Source of the DNA: an uncultured Akkermansia sp. | GTDB lineage: Bacteria > Verrucomicrobiota > Verrucomicrobiia > Verrucomicrobiales > Akkermansiaceae | NCBI GenBank assembly: GCA_947629715.1 | Contig: CANRET010000003.1 | Span: 21,193 to 85,192 of the forward strand | Length of the DNA: 64,000 nucleotides | Direction of reading: 5' to 3' | In this document: positions 8,351 through 18,082 of the stretch, one piece after another | Position numbering within the stretch: position 1 is the stretch's first letter | How the letters are laid out: every line of letters starts with the position of its first letter | Program-made: the position numbers and the translations under genes | Notes under the pieces: model-generated | Told to the model about the DNA's origin: nothing | Database searches by the model: none | What the model saw: the letters and a program-made list of their open reading frames with translations, nothing else

Positions 8351-10381
8351 ATGAAAAAATGCGTTTTACTCGTACTCTCCGTCCTTCTGACCGCAGCTCC
8401 GCTCCTGGCTCAGGAGTGGAAGTCACCGCATTCGCTGGATGAGGAGCAGAACGCGCCCGCTGTGCTTCTGCCGTATCCCAAGGAGGTCCAGTGGAAGAAA
8501 TCAAAGCTGCCTCTTGGAAAACAGGATGATTGGAAATTGGAGGGGAAAAAGGAAAAAATGATAAGCACGGCGTGGCGTGGCTTTCTATCGGCTTTGCCTG
8601 CGGGGAAATCCGGCAGTAGCATGCTTTGCCGTCTTGTCGAAGATGCCGCGACTCTTCCCAAGGAAGGGGAATCGGAGGGCTACACCCTGCAAGTCAGTAA
8701 GAAAGGGGTTGAGATACACGCGGCTCACGAAGCCGGGTTCTTCAATGCTCTGCAAACGCTGCGGCAGTTGGCGGCAGGAGGCAAGAGTCTCCCCTGCTGT
8801 AAAATCAAGGATTGGCCGGCTTTTTCGGTGCGCGGGTTTCACCACGACTGCGGACGTAATTTCCAGACGATTGAGAGCTTGAAGCGGCAGCTGGATCTCG
8901 CCTCGCAGCTCAAGGTGAATTACTTTCACTGGCACCTCACGGATCATCCCGGTTGGCATGTTCAGAGCAAGGCGTATCCGCAGCTCAATGATCCCAAAAA
9001 CCGCACGCGCGACGTGGATGACACGTATTCCTACGAGCAGATCCGTGAGCTGATCAAATATGCTCGAGCGCGCAATATCACGGTCATTCCGGAACTGGAC
9101 ATGCCCGGTCACAGTTCGTATTTTAACAAGACTTTCGGCTTCCCGATGCACAGCGAGGAAGGCATGAAGGTGCTTGAGAAGTTGATCCGCGAGTTCTGCA
9201 AGGAGGTGCCGACGAAGGATTGTCCCATCTTCCACATCGGGGCGGATGAGGTTCGCGTACCGAATGCGAAGGAGTTTGTGGCGCACATGAGCAAGCTGCT
9301 GATATCCCTAGGACGCACGCCGATGCAGTGGGGCGGACCACGGGATTTGCCAGTGGGCGAGCACTCCATATCTCAGCGCTGGGGCGAGGGAGACCGTGAT
9401 CCGAATTCGTCGATGGATCCGAAGAGCGTTCACTGCCGTACCATAGATTCCGGCATGGGCTACTCCAATCTCTTTGATCCTGCTATGCTGGTTCGCCGCT
9501 GGTTCTTCCTGCGTCCGTGCGGGGTGGGCAAGGGAGATGATCGGCGCATGGGCGCGCTCATCTGCAATTGGCCGGACATGCGCGTGGACGATAAGAGTAA
9601 GATTCCCCTGCACAGTGCGCAGTGGCCGGGGCTTTGCGCCATGGCGGAGCGCGCGTGGGAGGGCGGCGATGCCAACGGGGATGGTCTGGCATCGGATATG
9701 CCGGCGCCGGATACCGAGGCCGCGCGCGCTTTCAAGCTGTTTGAGAAGCGCCTTGCCTTCCTGCGCAAGACGCTCTTCAAGAAGGAATATTTCCCCTATT
9801 GGACTGAAAATGCGCAGAAGTGGACGCTGATCGGTCCGGTGCCGGAGGCGCAGAAGGAGCAGGTGCGTGCGAAGGTGTTGGCCGGCGATTACAGCGGGTT
9901 GAACACGTGCGATGCCTACGGCGCCAACCTCTACTTCCGGACGAAGCCGTCCACCGGTTTTGTCGGGATGTTCAGCGGCACGAAACCGGGTGCATGCGTG
10001 TGGGCGGTGTTGGAGTACGATAGCGCCGATGGGGGCGAGCAGCCTTTCATGGTGGGATTTGACGCGCCCGCCCGTTCCTCGCGGCGCTACTCGGGCGTGC
10101 CGAAAGCGGGGGATTGGTCGCAATGCGAGACGCGCGTGTGGGTCAATGGCAAGGAGTTCCGCAACCCGCAGGTGTACGAGCTTGCCGGCAAAAATCGCTA
10201 CATGTCCGATACATGGTTCCACCCGGCCAATGAGAATCCTTTGGCGGATGAAGAGGTGTGGTGGGCGCATAAGCCTACGATGGTGCCGCTTCAGAAAGGC
10301 AAAAACACCATCATCATCGAGCAGCCCTACAAAGGGGAGTTCCAGTCATGGGGCGTTTCGTTCATTCCTGTGAAGCCGTGA
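8351..10381 (+). CDS. Beta-N-acetylhexosaminidase, GH20 (copy 1)
   Basis: Signal peptide from MKKC; IKDWPAFSVRGFHHDCGRNF, FHWHLTD, IPELDMPGH, catalytic HIGADE. Confidence 0.92.
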   Translation: MKKCVLLVLSVLLTAAPLLAQEWKSPHSLDEEQNAPAVLLPYPKEVQWKKSKLPLGKQDDWKLEGKKEKMISTAWRGFLSALPAGKSGSSMLCRLVEDAATLPKEGESEGYTLQVSKKGVEIHAAHEAGFFNALQTLRQLAAGGKSLPCCKIKDWPAFSVRGFHHDCGRNFQTIESLKRQLDLASQLKVNYFHWHLTDHPGWHVQSKAYPQLNDPKNRTRDVDDTYSYEQIRELIKYARARNITVIPELDMPGHSSYFNKTFGFPMHSEEGMKVLEKLIREFCKEVPTKDCPIFHIGADEVRVPNAKEFVAHMSKLLISLGRTPMQWGGPRDLPVGEHSISQRWGEGDRDPNSSMDPKSVHCRTIDSGMGYSNLFDPAMLVRRWFFLRPCGVGKGDDRRMGALICNWPDMRVDDKSKIPLHSAQWPGLCAMAERAWEGGDANGDGLASDMPAPDTEAARAFKLFEKRLAFLRKTLFKKEYFPYWTENAQKWTLIGPVPEAQKEQVRAKVLAGDYSGLNTCDAYGANLYFRTKPSTGFVGMFSGTKPGACVWAVLEYDSADGGEQPFMVGFDAPARSSRRYSGVPKAGDWSQCETRVWVNGKEFRNPQVYELAGKNRYMSDTWFHPANENPLADEEVWWAHKPTMVPLQKGKNTIIIEQPYKGEFQSWGVSFIPVKP

Positions 10382-12432
10382 GAGCGTTTCTCCTGCTGAT
10401 CCTGAGCATAGGGGTAGCGATGGGTAGCGAATCATTGGTGCAATGGGTTTCTCCGCATTCCCTCCGGGCGGAATCTGAGGCCCCCGTTGCGCTGTTGCCC
10501 TTTCCGCGTGCTGTCAAATGGGGTAAGGAAGTGCGAGATTTGCCGCCGCCTCCGTGCTGGGAGCTTGTCGCGAACCCGGCGTGCGCCCAAGTCTTGCAAT
10601 CCGGCGAGGGGGCCATGCTCCTCACGGCCTACCACAGTTTCTTGCGTTCTCTTTACCACCATCGCCCTCTTGCAACGGATCGTCCCATCGCGCTCTCTCT
10701 TTTCCTCGAAAACGTGCCCAACCTCTCCGCCGGGGCAGAGCGGGAGGGATACCGCCTCGTGGTGGATGCCCGGGGAGTGCGCATCAGCGCGCCGCAACCT
10801 GGAGGCCTGTTCAATGCGCTGCAAACGCTCCGCCAGCTCGTCTTGCCGGGACGTCGTAAGTTGCCCTGTTGTGAGATCACGGATTGGCCGGCATTCTCGG
10901 TGCGTGGCTTCCACCACGACTGCGGGCGCAATTTCCAGACGATCGAGAGTCTGAAGCGGCAGCTGGATCTCGCCTCGCGGCTCAAGGTGAATTATTTTCA
11001 CTGGCACCTGGCGGATGATCCCGCGTGGCATGTGCAGTGCAAAGCCTATCCGCAGCTCAATGATCCCCGGTATCGCACGCGCGATAAGAACGACACCTAT
11101 TCCTACGACGAGATCCGCGACCTCCTCCGTTACGCTCGTGACCGCCACATCACCATCATCCCGGAGCTGGATATGCCGGGACACAGCGACTATTTTGTCC
11201 GCGCCTTCGGTTTCCCGATGCACAGTGAGCAGGGTACCCAGGTCCTGGAAAAACTCATCGACGAGTTTTGTTCAGAGGTGCCGGTGGAGCTGTGTCCCAC
11301 CCTGCATTTCGGGGCGGACGAGGTGAGCGTGCCCCATGCGAAGGAATTTGTGGAGCGCATCAGTCGCAAGATTGAGGCAAATGGGCGCAAGCCCATGCAG
11401 TGGGAGGGACCGTGGGATCTTCCGGTCGCCGGCGGTTCCATCGCTCAGCGCTGGGTGCAGGGGAAAAACGCGCAGGACGCGGCGAGTGTGAAGTCCCCTA
11501 CCATCGATTCTTCCATCGGCTACAGCAATCTCTTTGAGCCTGCGCTGCTCGTGCGTCGCTGGTTTTTCATGCGCCCTTGCGGAGCGGAGAAGGGAGATGC
11601 CCTGCATCTTGGCGCCATCTTCTGCACGTGGCCGGATATCCGGGTGGAGGATAAATCTCGCATTCCCTTGCACAGTCCGATGTGGCCGGGGCTTTGCGCC
11701 ATGGCAGAGCGTGCGTGGAACGGCGCCGCTGTGGAGGGCGACGCGCTCACTGTTGCGTTGCCCCCTCCGGACTCCGAGGCAGGGCGCGCTTTCCAGCTTT
11801 TTGAAAAACGTTTGGCGACTCTGGGACGGACGATGTTCAAAAATGAACATTTCCCGTACTGGGGGGAGAGCTGTTGTGTGTGGAAGGTCACTCATCCCAC
11901 ACCGGACGCAGACGCGGAGGCGACGCGCAAACTCGTGTTGGCCGGGAAAGCTCCGGGTGTGTTGCATGAGGTGTTTGGCAGCAGTCTCTACTTCCGCACG
12001 CGTTCTGCTACGTGGAATCTAGGCATGTTCCCGGAAGCCAGGCCGGGCGTGCGCGTGTGGGCTTGGACGGATGTCACGGTGGAAGAAGAGGGGGATTACC
12101 CGTTCATGATCGGTTTTGACGCGCCGACGCGTTCCAATCGCCAGTACACCGGCATTCCTCGTCCGGGAGAGTGGTCGCAATGCGGCACGCGCATTTGGGT
12201 GAATGGGGAGGAGATGCGCAACCCTCGCCGTTATGAGCATGCCGGTGAAAGCCGCATCGCTGAACCTACCTGGCATACGGTTGAGGAGGAACACCCCATT
12301 CGGGATGAAGAAATCTGGTGGGCTCAGCCGCCCACGCTCATCCATCTCAAGAAAGGGAGCAACCGCATCATCGTTGAGCAACCCTATACCGACGCGTTTC
12401 AGTCCTGGCAGATCTCGTTGATCAAGCTTTGA
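10378..12432 (+). CDS. Beta-N-acetylhexosaminidase, GH20 (copy 2, tandem paralogue)
   Basis: GTGA overlap with copy 1; same motifs, catalytic HFGADE; colinear with copy 1 over its whole length. Confidence 0.92.
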   Translation: MRAFLLLILSIGVAMGSESLVQWVSPHSLRAESEAPVALLPFPRAVKWGKEVRDLPPPPCWELVANPACAQVLQSGEGAMLLTAYHSFLRSLYHHRPLATDRPIALSLFLENVPNLSAGAEREGYRLVVDARGVRISAPQPGGLFNALQTLRQLVLPGRRKLPCCEITDWPAFSVRGFHHDCGRNFQTIESLKRQLDLASRLKVNYFHWHLADDPAWHVQCKAYPQLNDPRYRTRDKNDTYSYDEIRDLLRYARDRHITIIPELDMPGHSDYFVRAFGFPMHSEQGTQVLEKLIDEFCSEVPVELCPTLHFGADEVSVPHAKEFVERISRKIEANGRKPMQWEGPWDLPVAGGSIAQRWVQGKNAQDAASVKSPTIDSSIGYSNLFEPALLVRRWFFMRPCGAEKGDALHLGAIFCTWPDIRVEDKSRIPLHSPMWPGLCAMAERAWNGAAVEGDALTVALPPPDSEAGRAFQLFEKRLATLGRTMFKNEHFPYWGESCCVWKVTHPTPDADAEATRKLVLAGKAPGVLHEVFGSSLYFRTRSATWNLGMFPEARPGVRVWAWTDVTVEEEGDYPFMIGFDAPTRSNRQYTGIPRPGEWSQCGTRIWVNGEEMRNPRRYEHAGESRIAEPTWHTVEEEHPIRDEEIWWAQPPTLIHLKKGSNRIIVEQPYTDAFQSWQISLIKL

Positions 12433-12447
12433 CCATTCGTTCGTTTT

Positions 12448-13137
12448 CTATGTTGTGAAGTCGTAGGTTTTCCAAGGCCGGGAGTTGCTCAGCCGATAGT
12501 GCCACCATTCCTTGGAGTAATTTTCAAATCCCGCCCGTCGCATGGCGTTGCGCAGCAAGTGTCGGTTAGCTCGCTGTTCTTCCGTCACCTCCTCTGAGTC
12601 CGTGGCTGATGACGGATCCAGCAGGTCATGCCTGCCTCCCATGTCAACAAGCTTGCCATCGACGAGTCGATAAAGCGAGATGTCCACGGCAATGCCCCAG
12701 CAGTGCTCGGATTCATCACCAATGTATTTTCCTTCATAAATCCCTTTTTTAGTGATGCGCGGGTAGAAAGTGACTTTTGTACTGTCATCCGAGCTGTACG
12801 ACCATGCGCGGAAGTCACGCATGGCGCGCTGCGGTCGATAGGCATCCCAGATAATCAAGCCATATCCGTACGAGCGCAGGTAAACAGCAGCTCGGCATAA
12901 TGCTTGGGCTGCATCTTTTCGCAAGATTGCTCTCTTCCCCACATATCCCCGGATCGGGCGTCCTACGAAATTATCAGTCCCGGCGTACTTAAGTTCCGTA
13001 CGCAGATTCGGCACTACCTGGTCCACATAGCAAAATTCCGCCGGCAGATTGGGTTGGAGCGCAGGACACCCCCGCCGCAGGCATCCGCTGAGCGTAAACC
13101 CCGCTGCCACGATCCCTATGATTCTCCCAAGCTCCAT
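12448..13137 (-). CDS. ddpX: D-alanyl-D-alanine dipeptidase (VanX/DdpX, M15D), predicted lipoprotein
   Basis: YAGTDNFVG, WDAYRP, SEHCWGIAVD (Zn His/Asp), EWWHY; lipobox LSGC. Confidence 0.88.
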   Translation of the reverse strand: MELGRIIGIVAAGFTLSGCLRRGCPALQPNLPAEFCYVDQVVPNLRTELKYAGTDNFVGRPIRGYVGKRAILRKDAAQALCRAAVYLRSYGYGLIIWDAYRPQRAMRDFRAWSYSSDDSTKVTFYPRITKKGIYEGKYIGDESEHCWGIAVDISLYRLVDGKLVDMGGRHDLLDPSSATDSEEVTEEQRANRHLLRNAMRRAGFENYSKEWWHYRLSNSRPWKTYDFTT

Positions 13138-13211
13138 TCGCTCCTGTCCCCATGCGAAAGGGCACGCCCGAAGTACGGGAGCGCTCTATGAAGTCACACT
13201 GGCCCAATCCT

Positions 13212-13574
13212 TTACGCGTCCTCTTTTTTCGCGGTTGTTTTCTTTGCCGATGCTTTCTTGGCAGGAGCCTTTTTGGGCTTTTCTTCCTTGCTTTTTACGG
13301 CAGTCGATTTCTTGGCCGGTGCTTTCTTTGGTTTTTCGGTCGCAGTTTTCGCCGTTGTTTTCTTTGCGGCGGACTCTTTTTTGACCGGCTCTTTCACTGT
13401 CGTCTCAACCGCTGGCTTAACCGCTGCTTCTTCCTCCTTCTCAGCAGTTGAAACCGGCAGCACTTTCCTCGCCAGCGTCGGCGTTGTCCGGCTGTTCCTG
13501 CGGATTTCTTTCTGCCGTTTGAGGTAGGCGTGACGGCGGCGGCGCTTCGTAACTTTGCGATGTTGTTGACCCAT
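13212..13574 (-). CDS. Lys/Ala-rich histone-H1-like basic protein
   Basis: Very basic N-terminus (KRRRRHAYLKRQK) and repeated EKPKKAPAKK/AKK units. Confidence 0.8.
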   Translation of the reverse strand: MGQQHRKVTKRRRRHAYLKRQKEIRRNSRTTPTLARKVLPVSTAEKEEEAAVKPAVETTVKEPVKKESAAKKTTAKTATEKPKKAPAKKSTAVKSKEEKPKKAPAKKASAKKTTAKKEDA

Positions 13575-13830
13575 CTTTTTCGTTGTCTTTGTAGAGTCGA
13601 TTGACCATCGACTCGGAGTTGATGAACGATTTCCCCTATAACTGATTCATTCGAAAAACGCAAGGCAAAAGTGAAAGCTGACGCAAATTCAGTCCGGTTG
13701 CTCTTTTGTCTCGTGGAGGCAGTGAGGCTGCGCGAGAGACCGTCTTCAGGTGAGGTGCATGAGATTCATTTTACGAGAGAAATCAAGTCTGTTGTCGGCT
13801 CCCTTACCCGAATGTGTAAACGCGCGATGC

Positions 13831-13860
13831 TTGACACGATCAAGTCTTGTATGCTAGACT
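13831..13860 (+). promoter_or_regulatory. Sigma70-type promoter of the ABC exporter pair
   Basis: TTGACA-N18-TAGACT with extended TG; 13 nt before ATG 13874. Confidence 0.55.
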
Positions 13861-13873
13861 CGGGGCAGCTTAC

Positions 13874-15754
13874 ATGACAGAGGAGAAGGAAGAGAAAGAG
13901 GACGAGATGAAGGATTTGGATACGTGGGGGTTATTGCTCCCCGTGCTGAAGCGGTATTTGCGTCCGGAACTGCCGTTGGTGTTGGCTGCTACATTGGCGG
14001 GGATCGTGGCAGCGTCTGCGGCTTTTGGCATGCCGTTAATCATCAAGTACGTATTTCCTGTGGTTTTCGGGACGCAGGACATGCCGCCCGTTGTGGAAGA
14101 GTGGATGCTGCGCTGGGTTAAGCCGGAGGAGATGGAAGAGGCGAAGCTCTGGGTGGCGGTAGCGCTTATACCGCTCGTGATGTGTGTGCGAGGCGTTTGC
14201 ACCTACCTGAACAGTTATCTGTTGCCCAAGGGGGGACAGCGCATGTTGCGCAGGATGTGGGGGGAGATGTTCGCGCGTTTGCAGAGTCTTTCCTTTTCCT
14301 TCTTTGATCGTCACAAGCGAGGGGAGTTGCTCACTATCGTCATCCAGTTTACGCAAAGTTTACAGGGGCAGATGGTCACCGTGTTCAACGAACTCCTTAT
14401 TGAACCGCTTACCCTTCTTTTTGCTGCATCCTACTTGGTATATGAGGCGCTTACCAATAACGCAAGCGCCATTCTGTTGTCCAATTTGTTGGTGAGTGCG
14501 ATGATTGTGCCATTGGTGCGTTTCGTTGGGAAGAGGATGGTGGGCAAAATGCGCAAAATGCTCTTCAGTTCGAAACTCATCACCGCCACTGTGGAAGAGA
14601 CGTTGTCTGCACAGCGCGAAGTCCGTTCTTTCAATTTGGAGGACAGACAGGCGAAGATGCTTTACGGTCTCATTACGCAGTATAATGCCAAGCTTATGCA
14701 GATGACGGCATGGGGGTTGACGCTCACGCCTGCGGTGGAGATAACCAGCTCGCTTGCGCTGGCCTATTCGTTGTACCGCGGGTGTGGGGATGGTTTGACA
14801 CTGGAGCAATTTGCCGCCATAGCCACGGCTTTCTACTTCTGCTACGATCCATTCAAACGTCTGGCCGGGATTATGAACCAGATTCAGCTTATGGCCACCA
14901 CGGTGTATGCCATCAATAAGGTACGTTTGGCGGAGGACGAAACACCGGAACCCTTGCACCCCAAGAGCCTCCCCAAACCTGTGCGTGGGGCGGTAGATTT
15001 CGATCACGTGAACTTCGGCTACAACGAAGAGAAGCTGGTGTTGCGCGATGTGGATGTGCACGTGCCGTCCGGGCAGATTGTGGCGCTTGTGGGACCGAGC
15101 GGTTCGGGGAAGACGACGTTCATCAACCTGATCTGCCGGTTTTACGACGTGAACGCTGGGTCAGTGAAGATTGATGGGCTGGACGTGCGCGAGATTTCTC
15201 GCGAGGAACGCATGGGAACGATCGGGTTGGTGTCCCAGTTTTCCGCCCTCTTTCAAGATACGATCATGGAGAATATCCGCGTGGGGCGTCCGGACGCCTC
15301 GGACGAAGAAGTTCGAGCGGCCGGGGCGCGTGCGCGCGTTTCGGAGTTCGCTGAGCAGATGGATGGGGGGTATCATTATGAGTTGGGGGAAAGTGGCACT
15401 GGCCTTTCCGGCGGTCAGAGGCAACGCGTTTCCATTGCTCGTGCATTTCTGAAGAACGCTCCGATACTCATTTTGGATGAGGCGACTTCGGCCTTGGATA
15501 TGAAAAGTGAGGCTCTTATACAAAGTGCATTTGAAGAGTTGACCGTGGGGCATACTACCTTCATCATAGCGCATCGCTTCAGTACCATTCGTATGGCACA
15601 GCGAATCCTTGTGTTTGAGGAAGGGCGAATCGTAGCGGATGGCACGCATGCGGAACTTTACGAAAAATGCCTGCTCTACCGGAGTCTGTACGATGAGCAA
15701 GTGAATGCGGCTCGCAGAGAACAGGAGAGAATGGGAAAGGAGGCGCTGGCATGA
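13874..15754 (+). CDS. ABC exporter, fused TMD-NBD (MsbA-like) 1
   Basis: Transmembrane N-half; GPSGSGKT, LSGGQRQR, ILILDEAT, IIAHR. Confidence 0.93.
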   Translation: MTEEKEEKEDEMKDLDTWGLLLPVLKRYLRPELPLVLAATLAGIVAASAAFGMPLIIKYVFPVVFGTQDMPPVVEEWMLRWVKPEEMEEAKLWVAVALIPLVMCVRGVCTYLNSYLLPKGGQRMLRRMWGEMFARLQSLSFSFFDRHKRGELLTIVIQFTQSLQGQMVTVFNELLIEPLTLLFAASYLVYEALTNNASAILLSNLLVSAMIVPLVRFVGKRMVGKMRKMLFSSKLITATVEETLSAQREVRSFNLEDRQAKMLYGLITQYNAKLMQMTAWGLTLTPAVEITSSLALAYSLYRGCGDGLTLEQFAAIATAFYFCYDPFKRLAGIMNQIQLMATTVYAINKVRLAEDETPEPLHPKSLPKPVRGAVDFDHVNFGYNEEKLVLRDVDVHVPSGQIVALVGPSGSGKTTFINLICRFYDVNAGSVKIDGLDVREISREERMGTIGLVSQFSALFQDTIMENIRVGRPDASDEEVRAAGARARVSEFAEQMDGGYHYELGESGTGLSGGQRQRVSIARAFLKNAPILILDEATSALDMKSEALIQSAFEELTVGHTTFIIAHRFSTIRMAQRILVFEEGRIVADGTHAELYEKCLLYRSLYDEQVNAARREQERMGKEALA

Positions 15755-17589
15755 TCCGTCCCATTATTCGCCGCACGCTTTTCTTTGCGCGTCTCTTTCT
15801 GCTGCCGCACATACGGTTGTTCTTTGTAGCCGTGATCACGGGGTTAATCGTGGCCGGAAGCAGTGGATTGGGAATACCGATGATGGTCAAATACGTATTC
15901 CCGGTGGTGTTTTATACCGAGGGGAGCGGCGCGGAGCTGCCGGAGGTATTTCATCATGTGCCGTGGCTGTACGAGTTGCAGCTGGAGCAGCCCGCCATGG
16001 TACTGCTTATGGCGTGTGCCGCATTACCGCTGATTTTCCTGTTGAGGGGCGTGGCAATGTGGGCTAATGGCATGGTGGTGACCGCCTTGAGCATGCGCAT
16101 TTCGGCGACTTTGAGAATTGAGCTGTTTGCCAAAGTGATGTCGCTTCCCATTGCCTTTCTTGAAAAGAGTAAGAAGGGAGATATACTCAGCCGTATTTTG
16201 AGCGATACCGGAGCCGTACTCGGGGTGTTGACCGGTGTGGCGAATGATCTTTTCAAGCAGCCCATCACGTGCATTACGGCTCTTTGCACATTCCTGGCAA
16301 TGATGTTCAGCAGCGGTCAGGGTGGGCTTCTCACGTTGGATATAGCGCTCATTGCGCTGGCGGCCTGGCCGGTCATTCATTTCGGAAAGAGAATTTCCAA
16401 AAAAGCTTTCATGGCTTCCACGGAGTACGGTCGTCTCAACGCAGTCGTCCAACAGAATCTTGAGGCAATCCGGGAGGTGAGGGCCTACAGGATGGAGGAG
16501 CGGCAGATTGAGGAGTTTAACCGAGTTACGTTCAGTCTCTGCCGAAATTCGTTGAAAGTTGTTAAATACCAACGCGCTGTGATTCCTCTCATGGAGATTG
16601 TCACCTCTGTAGCGCTGTCGGTGCTTTTGGTGCATGGACGGGAGAGCAATATGAGCTTGGCAGACTTTTTAGCGCTCGCCGCAGTCTTGTTTTTCCTCTT
16701 TGACTCCATGAAGAAAGCAGGCAACACCTTCAATCGCCTCAACAGCGCTCAGGGACCGCTGCAGCGTGTGGAGGAAATTCTCGTGGAGCCGAATACCATG
16801 CCCGAACCTGAGCATCCGGTGAAACTTCCAAAACGCCTGCGTGGGGACATTGAGTTTCGTGACGTCAGTTTTGAATATGTCGAGGGAAAGCCCGTATTGC
16901 GGGGCATCAACGTGCACATACCTGCCGGTCAGGTTGTAGGATTGGTAGGCTCGAGCGGGGCTGGGAAAACCACTTTCGCCAGCCTCATTCCGCGCTTCTA
17001 CGATGTGAGTTCAGGAGCTGTGCTCATTGATGGCATAGACGTGCGCGACATGCACAGCAAGGATTTGCGAGACCAGCTGGCGCTCGTTGGTCAGCAGGCG
17101 TTGCTGTTTTCCGGCACCATTCGCGATAACATCAAGTTGGGCAACCCTGACGCCGATGAGAAGCGCATCCGGGCGGCAGCTGATGCGGCGGCGGTTACCT
17201 CATTCCTGAGTACACAGCATCAAGGACTTTCAACCAAGTTGGGAGAGGGCGGAAATGGTCTGTCCGGCGGACAGCGTCAGCGTGTGGCCATTGCGCGCGC
17301 ATTCGTGAAGGATGCCCCTATCCTCATATTGGATGAAGCTACAGCTTCGTTGGACGCAGAAAGCGAACATGAGATACAGAGCTCGCTTGAATCTCTTTCC
17401 CACGGGCGTACAACACTCATTGTGGCCCATCGGTTCAGCACATTACGCCATGCGCAGCGCATACTCCTTTTTGAACACGGGCGCATCATCGCTGATGGTA
17501 CACATGAGGAATTATATGCCTCCAGCCCTCTTTACAAAGAGCTTTACGACCGACAGGGGATTGAAGAAGGAGGGGCAGCAGATTCATGA
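15751..17589 (+). CDS. ABC exporter, fused TMD-NBD (MsbA-like) 2
   Basis: ATGA overlap; GSSGAGKT, LSGGQRQR, ILILDEAT, IVAHR. Confidence 0.93.
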   Translation: MIRPIIRRTLFFARLFLLPHIRLFFVAVITGLIVAGSSGLGIPMMVKYVFPVVFYTEGSGAELPEVFHHVPWLYELQLEQPAMVLLMACAALPLIFLLRGVAMWANGMVVTALSMRISATLRIELFAKVMSLPIAFLEKSKKGDILSRILSDTGAVLGVLTGVANDLFKQPITCITALCTFLAMMFSSGQGGLLTLDIALIALAAWPVIHFGKRISKKAFMASTEYGRLNAVVQQNLEAIREVRAYRMEERQIEEFNRVTFSLCRNSLKVVKYQRAVIPLMEIVTSVALSVLLVHGRESNMSLADFLALAAVLFFLFDSMKKAGNTFNRLNSAQGPLQRVEEILVEPNTMPEPEHPVKLPKRLRGDIEFRDVSFEYVEGKPVLRGINVHIPAGQVVGLVGSSGAGKTTFASLIPRFYDVSSGAVLIDGIDVRDMHSKDLRDQLALVGQQALLFSGTIRDNIKLGNPDADEKRIRAAADAAAVTSFLSTQHQGLSTKLGEGGNGLSGGQRQRVAIARAFVKDAPILILDEATASLDAESEHEIQSSLESLSHGRTTLIVAHRFSTLRHAQRILLFEHGRIIADGTHEELYASSPLYKELYDRQGIEEGGAADS

Positions 17590-17625
17590 ACAGTGATTTT
17601 TTTACTGCGGGGGTGTAAAATGAGC

Positions 17626-17653
17626 TTGACTTAGCTGAGGAATATCCTATACT
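17626..17653 (+). promoter_or_regulatory. Sigma70-type promoter
   Basis: TTGACT-N16-TATACT upstream of ATG 17671. Confidence 0.55.
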
Positions 17654-17670
17654 GCGAATAACCTACTGTC

Positions 17671-18009
17671 ATGAAAAAGCTTTTTCTACTCGCAAGTGTG
17701 ATCGTCCCGGCAACCCTATCGATGACGTTGGCGGCGCCTGTCGTAAAGCCTTCGGAGGTCTCGGAAGAGACGCTCAAGGGGATTGCAACAGAGCGACAGA
17801 AGGCCAGCATGGAGGCCCATGAAAAAGCTCAGGCAAAGGTCAAGGAGGAGCGCGAAAAGGCAATCAAAGAAGCGAAGGAGATCACCGAAAAGAACGATTC
17901 CGGGCTCAAGAAGACCATCCAGAAGCGGCATCTCAACAGCATGCTGCCTCCCTGTGAGCGTGAACCGGAGGCTCCAAGGGAACCCGGGGATTACCGGATT
18001 CGCTACTGA
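17671..18009 (+). CDS. Hypothetical secreted protein with charged coiled-coil
   Basis: MKKLFLLAS signal peptide; E/K/A-rich helix; own promoter. Confidence 0.75.
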   Translation: MKKLFLLASVIVPATLSMTLAAPVVKPSEVSEETLKGIATERQKASMEAHEKAQAKVKEEREKAIKEAKEITEKNDSGLKKTIQKRHLNSMLPPCEREPEAPREPGDYRIRY

Positions 18010-18082
18010 GCTTCGTCCTCTCGGAGCGGGGAAGATTGTGTTTTTGTTGGCGCTTGACCGGCGACGGATTGCGCGTTGGGTG

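Noticed and set aside
12448-13137. Vancomycin-resistance cluster
   Set aside because: No vanH, vanA/B ligase or vanRS nearby; only a lone M15D peptidase.
15889-15901. AAATACGTATTCC resembling the inverton repeat
   Set aside because: It is inside a CDS encoding KYVFP, a peptide shared with the paralogous exporter; only a partial, permuted match with no partner site.
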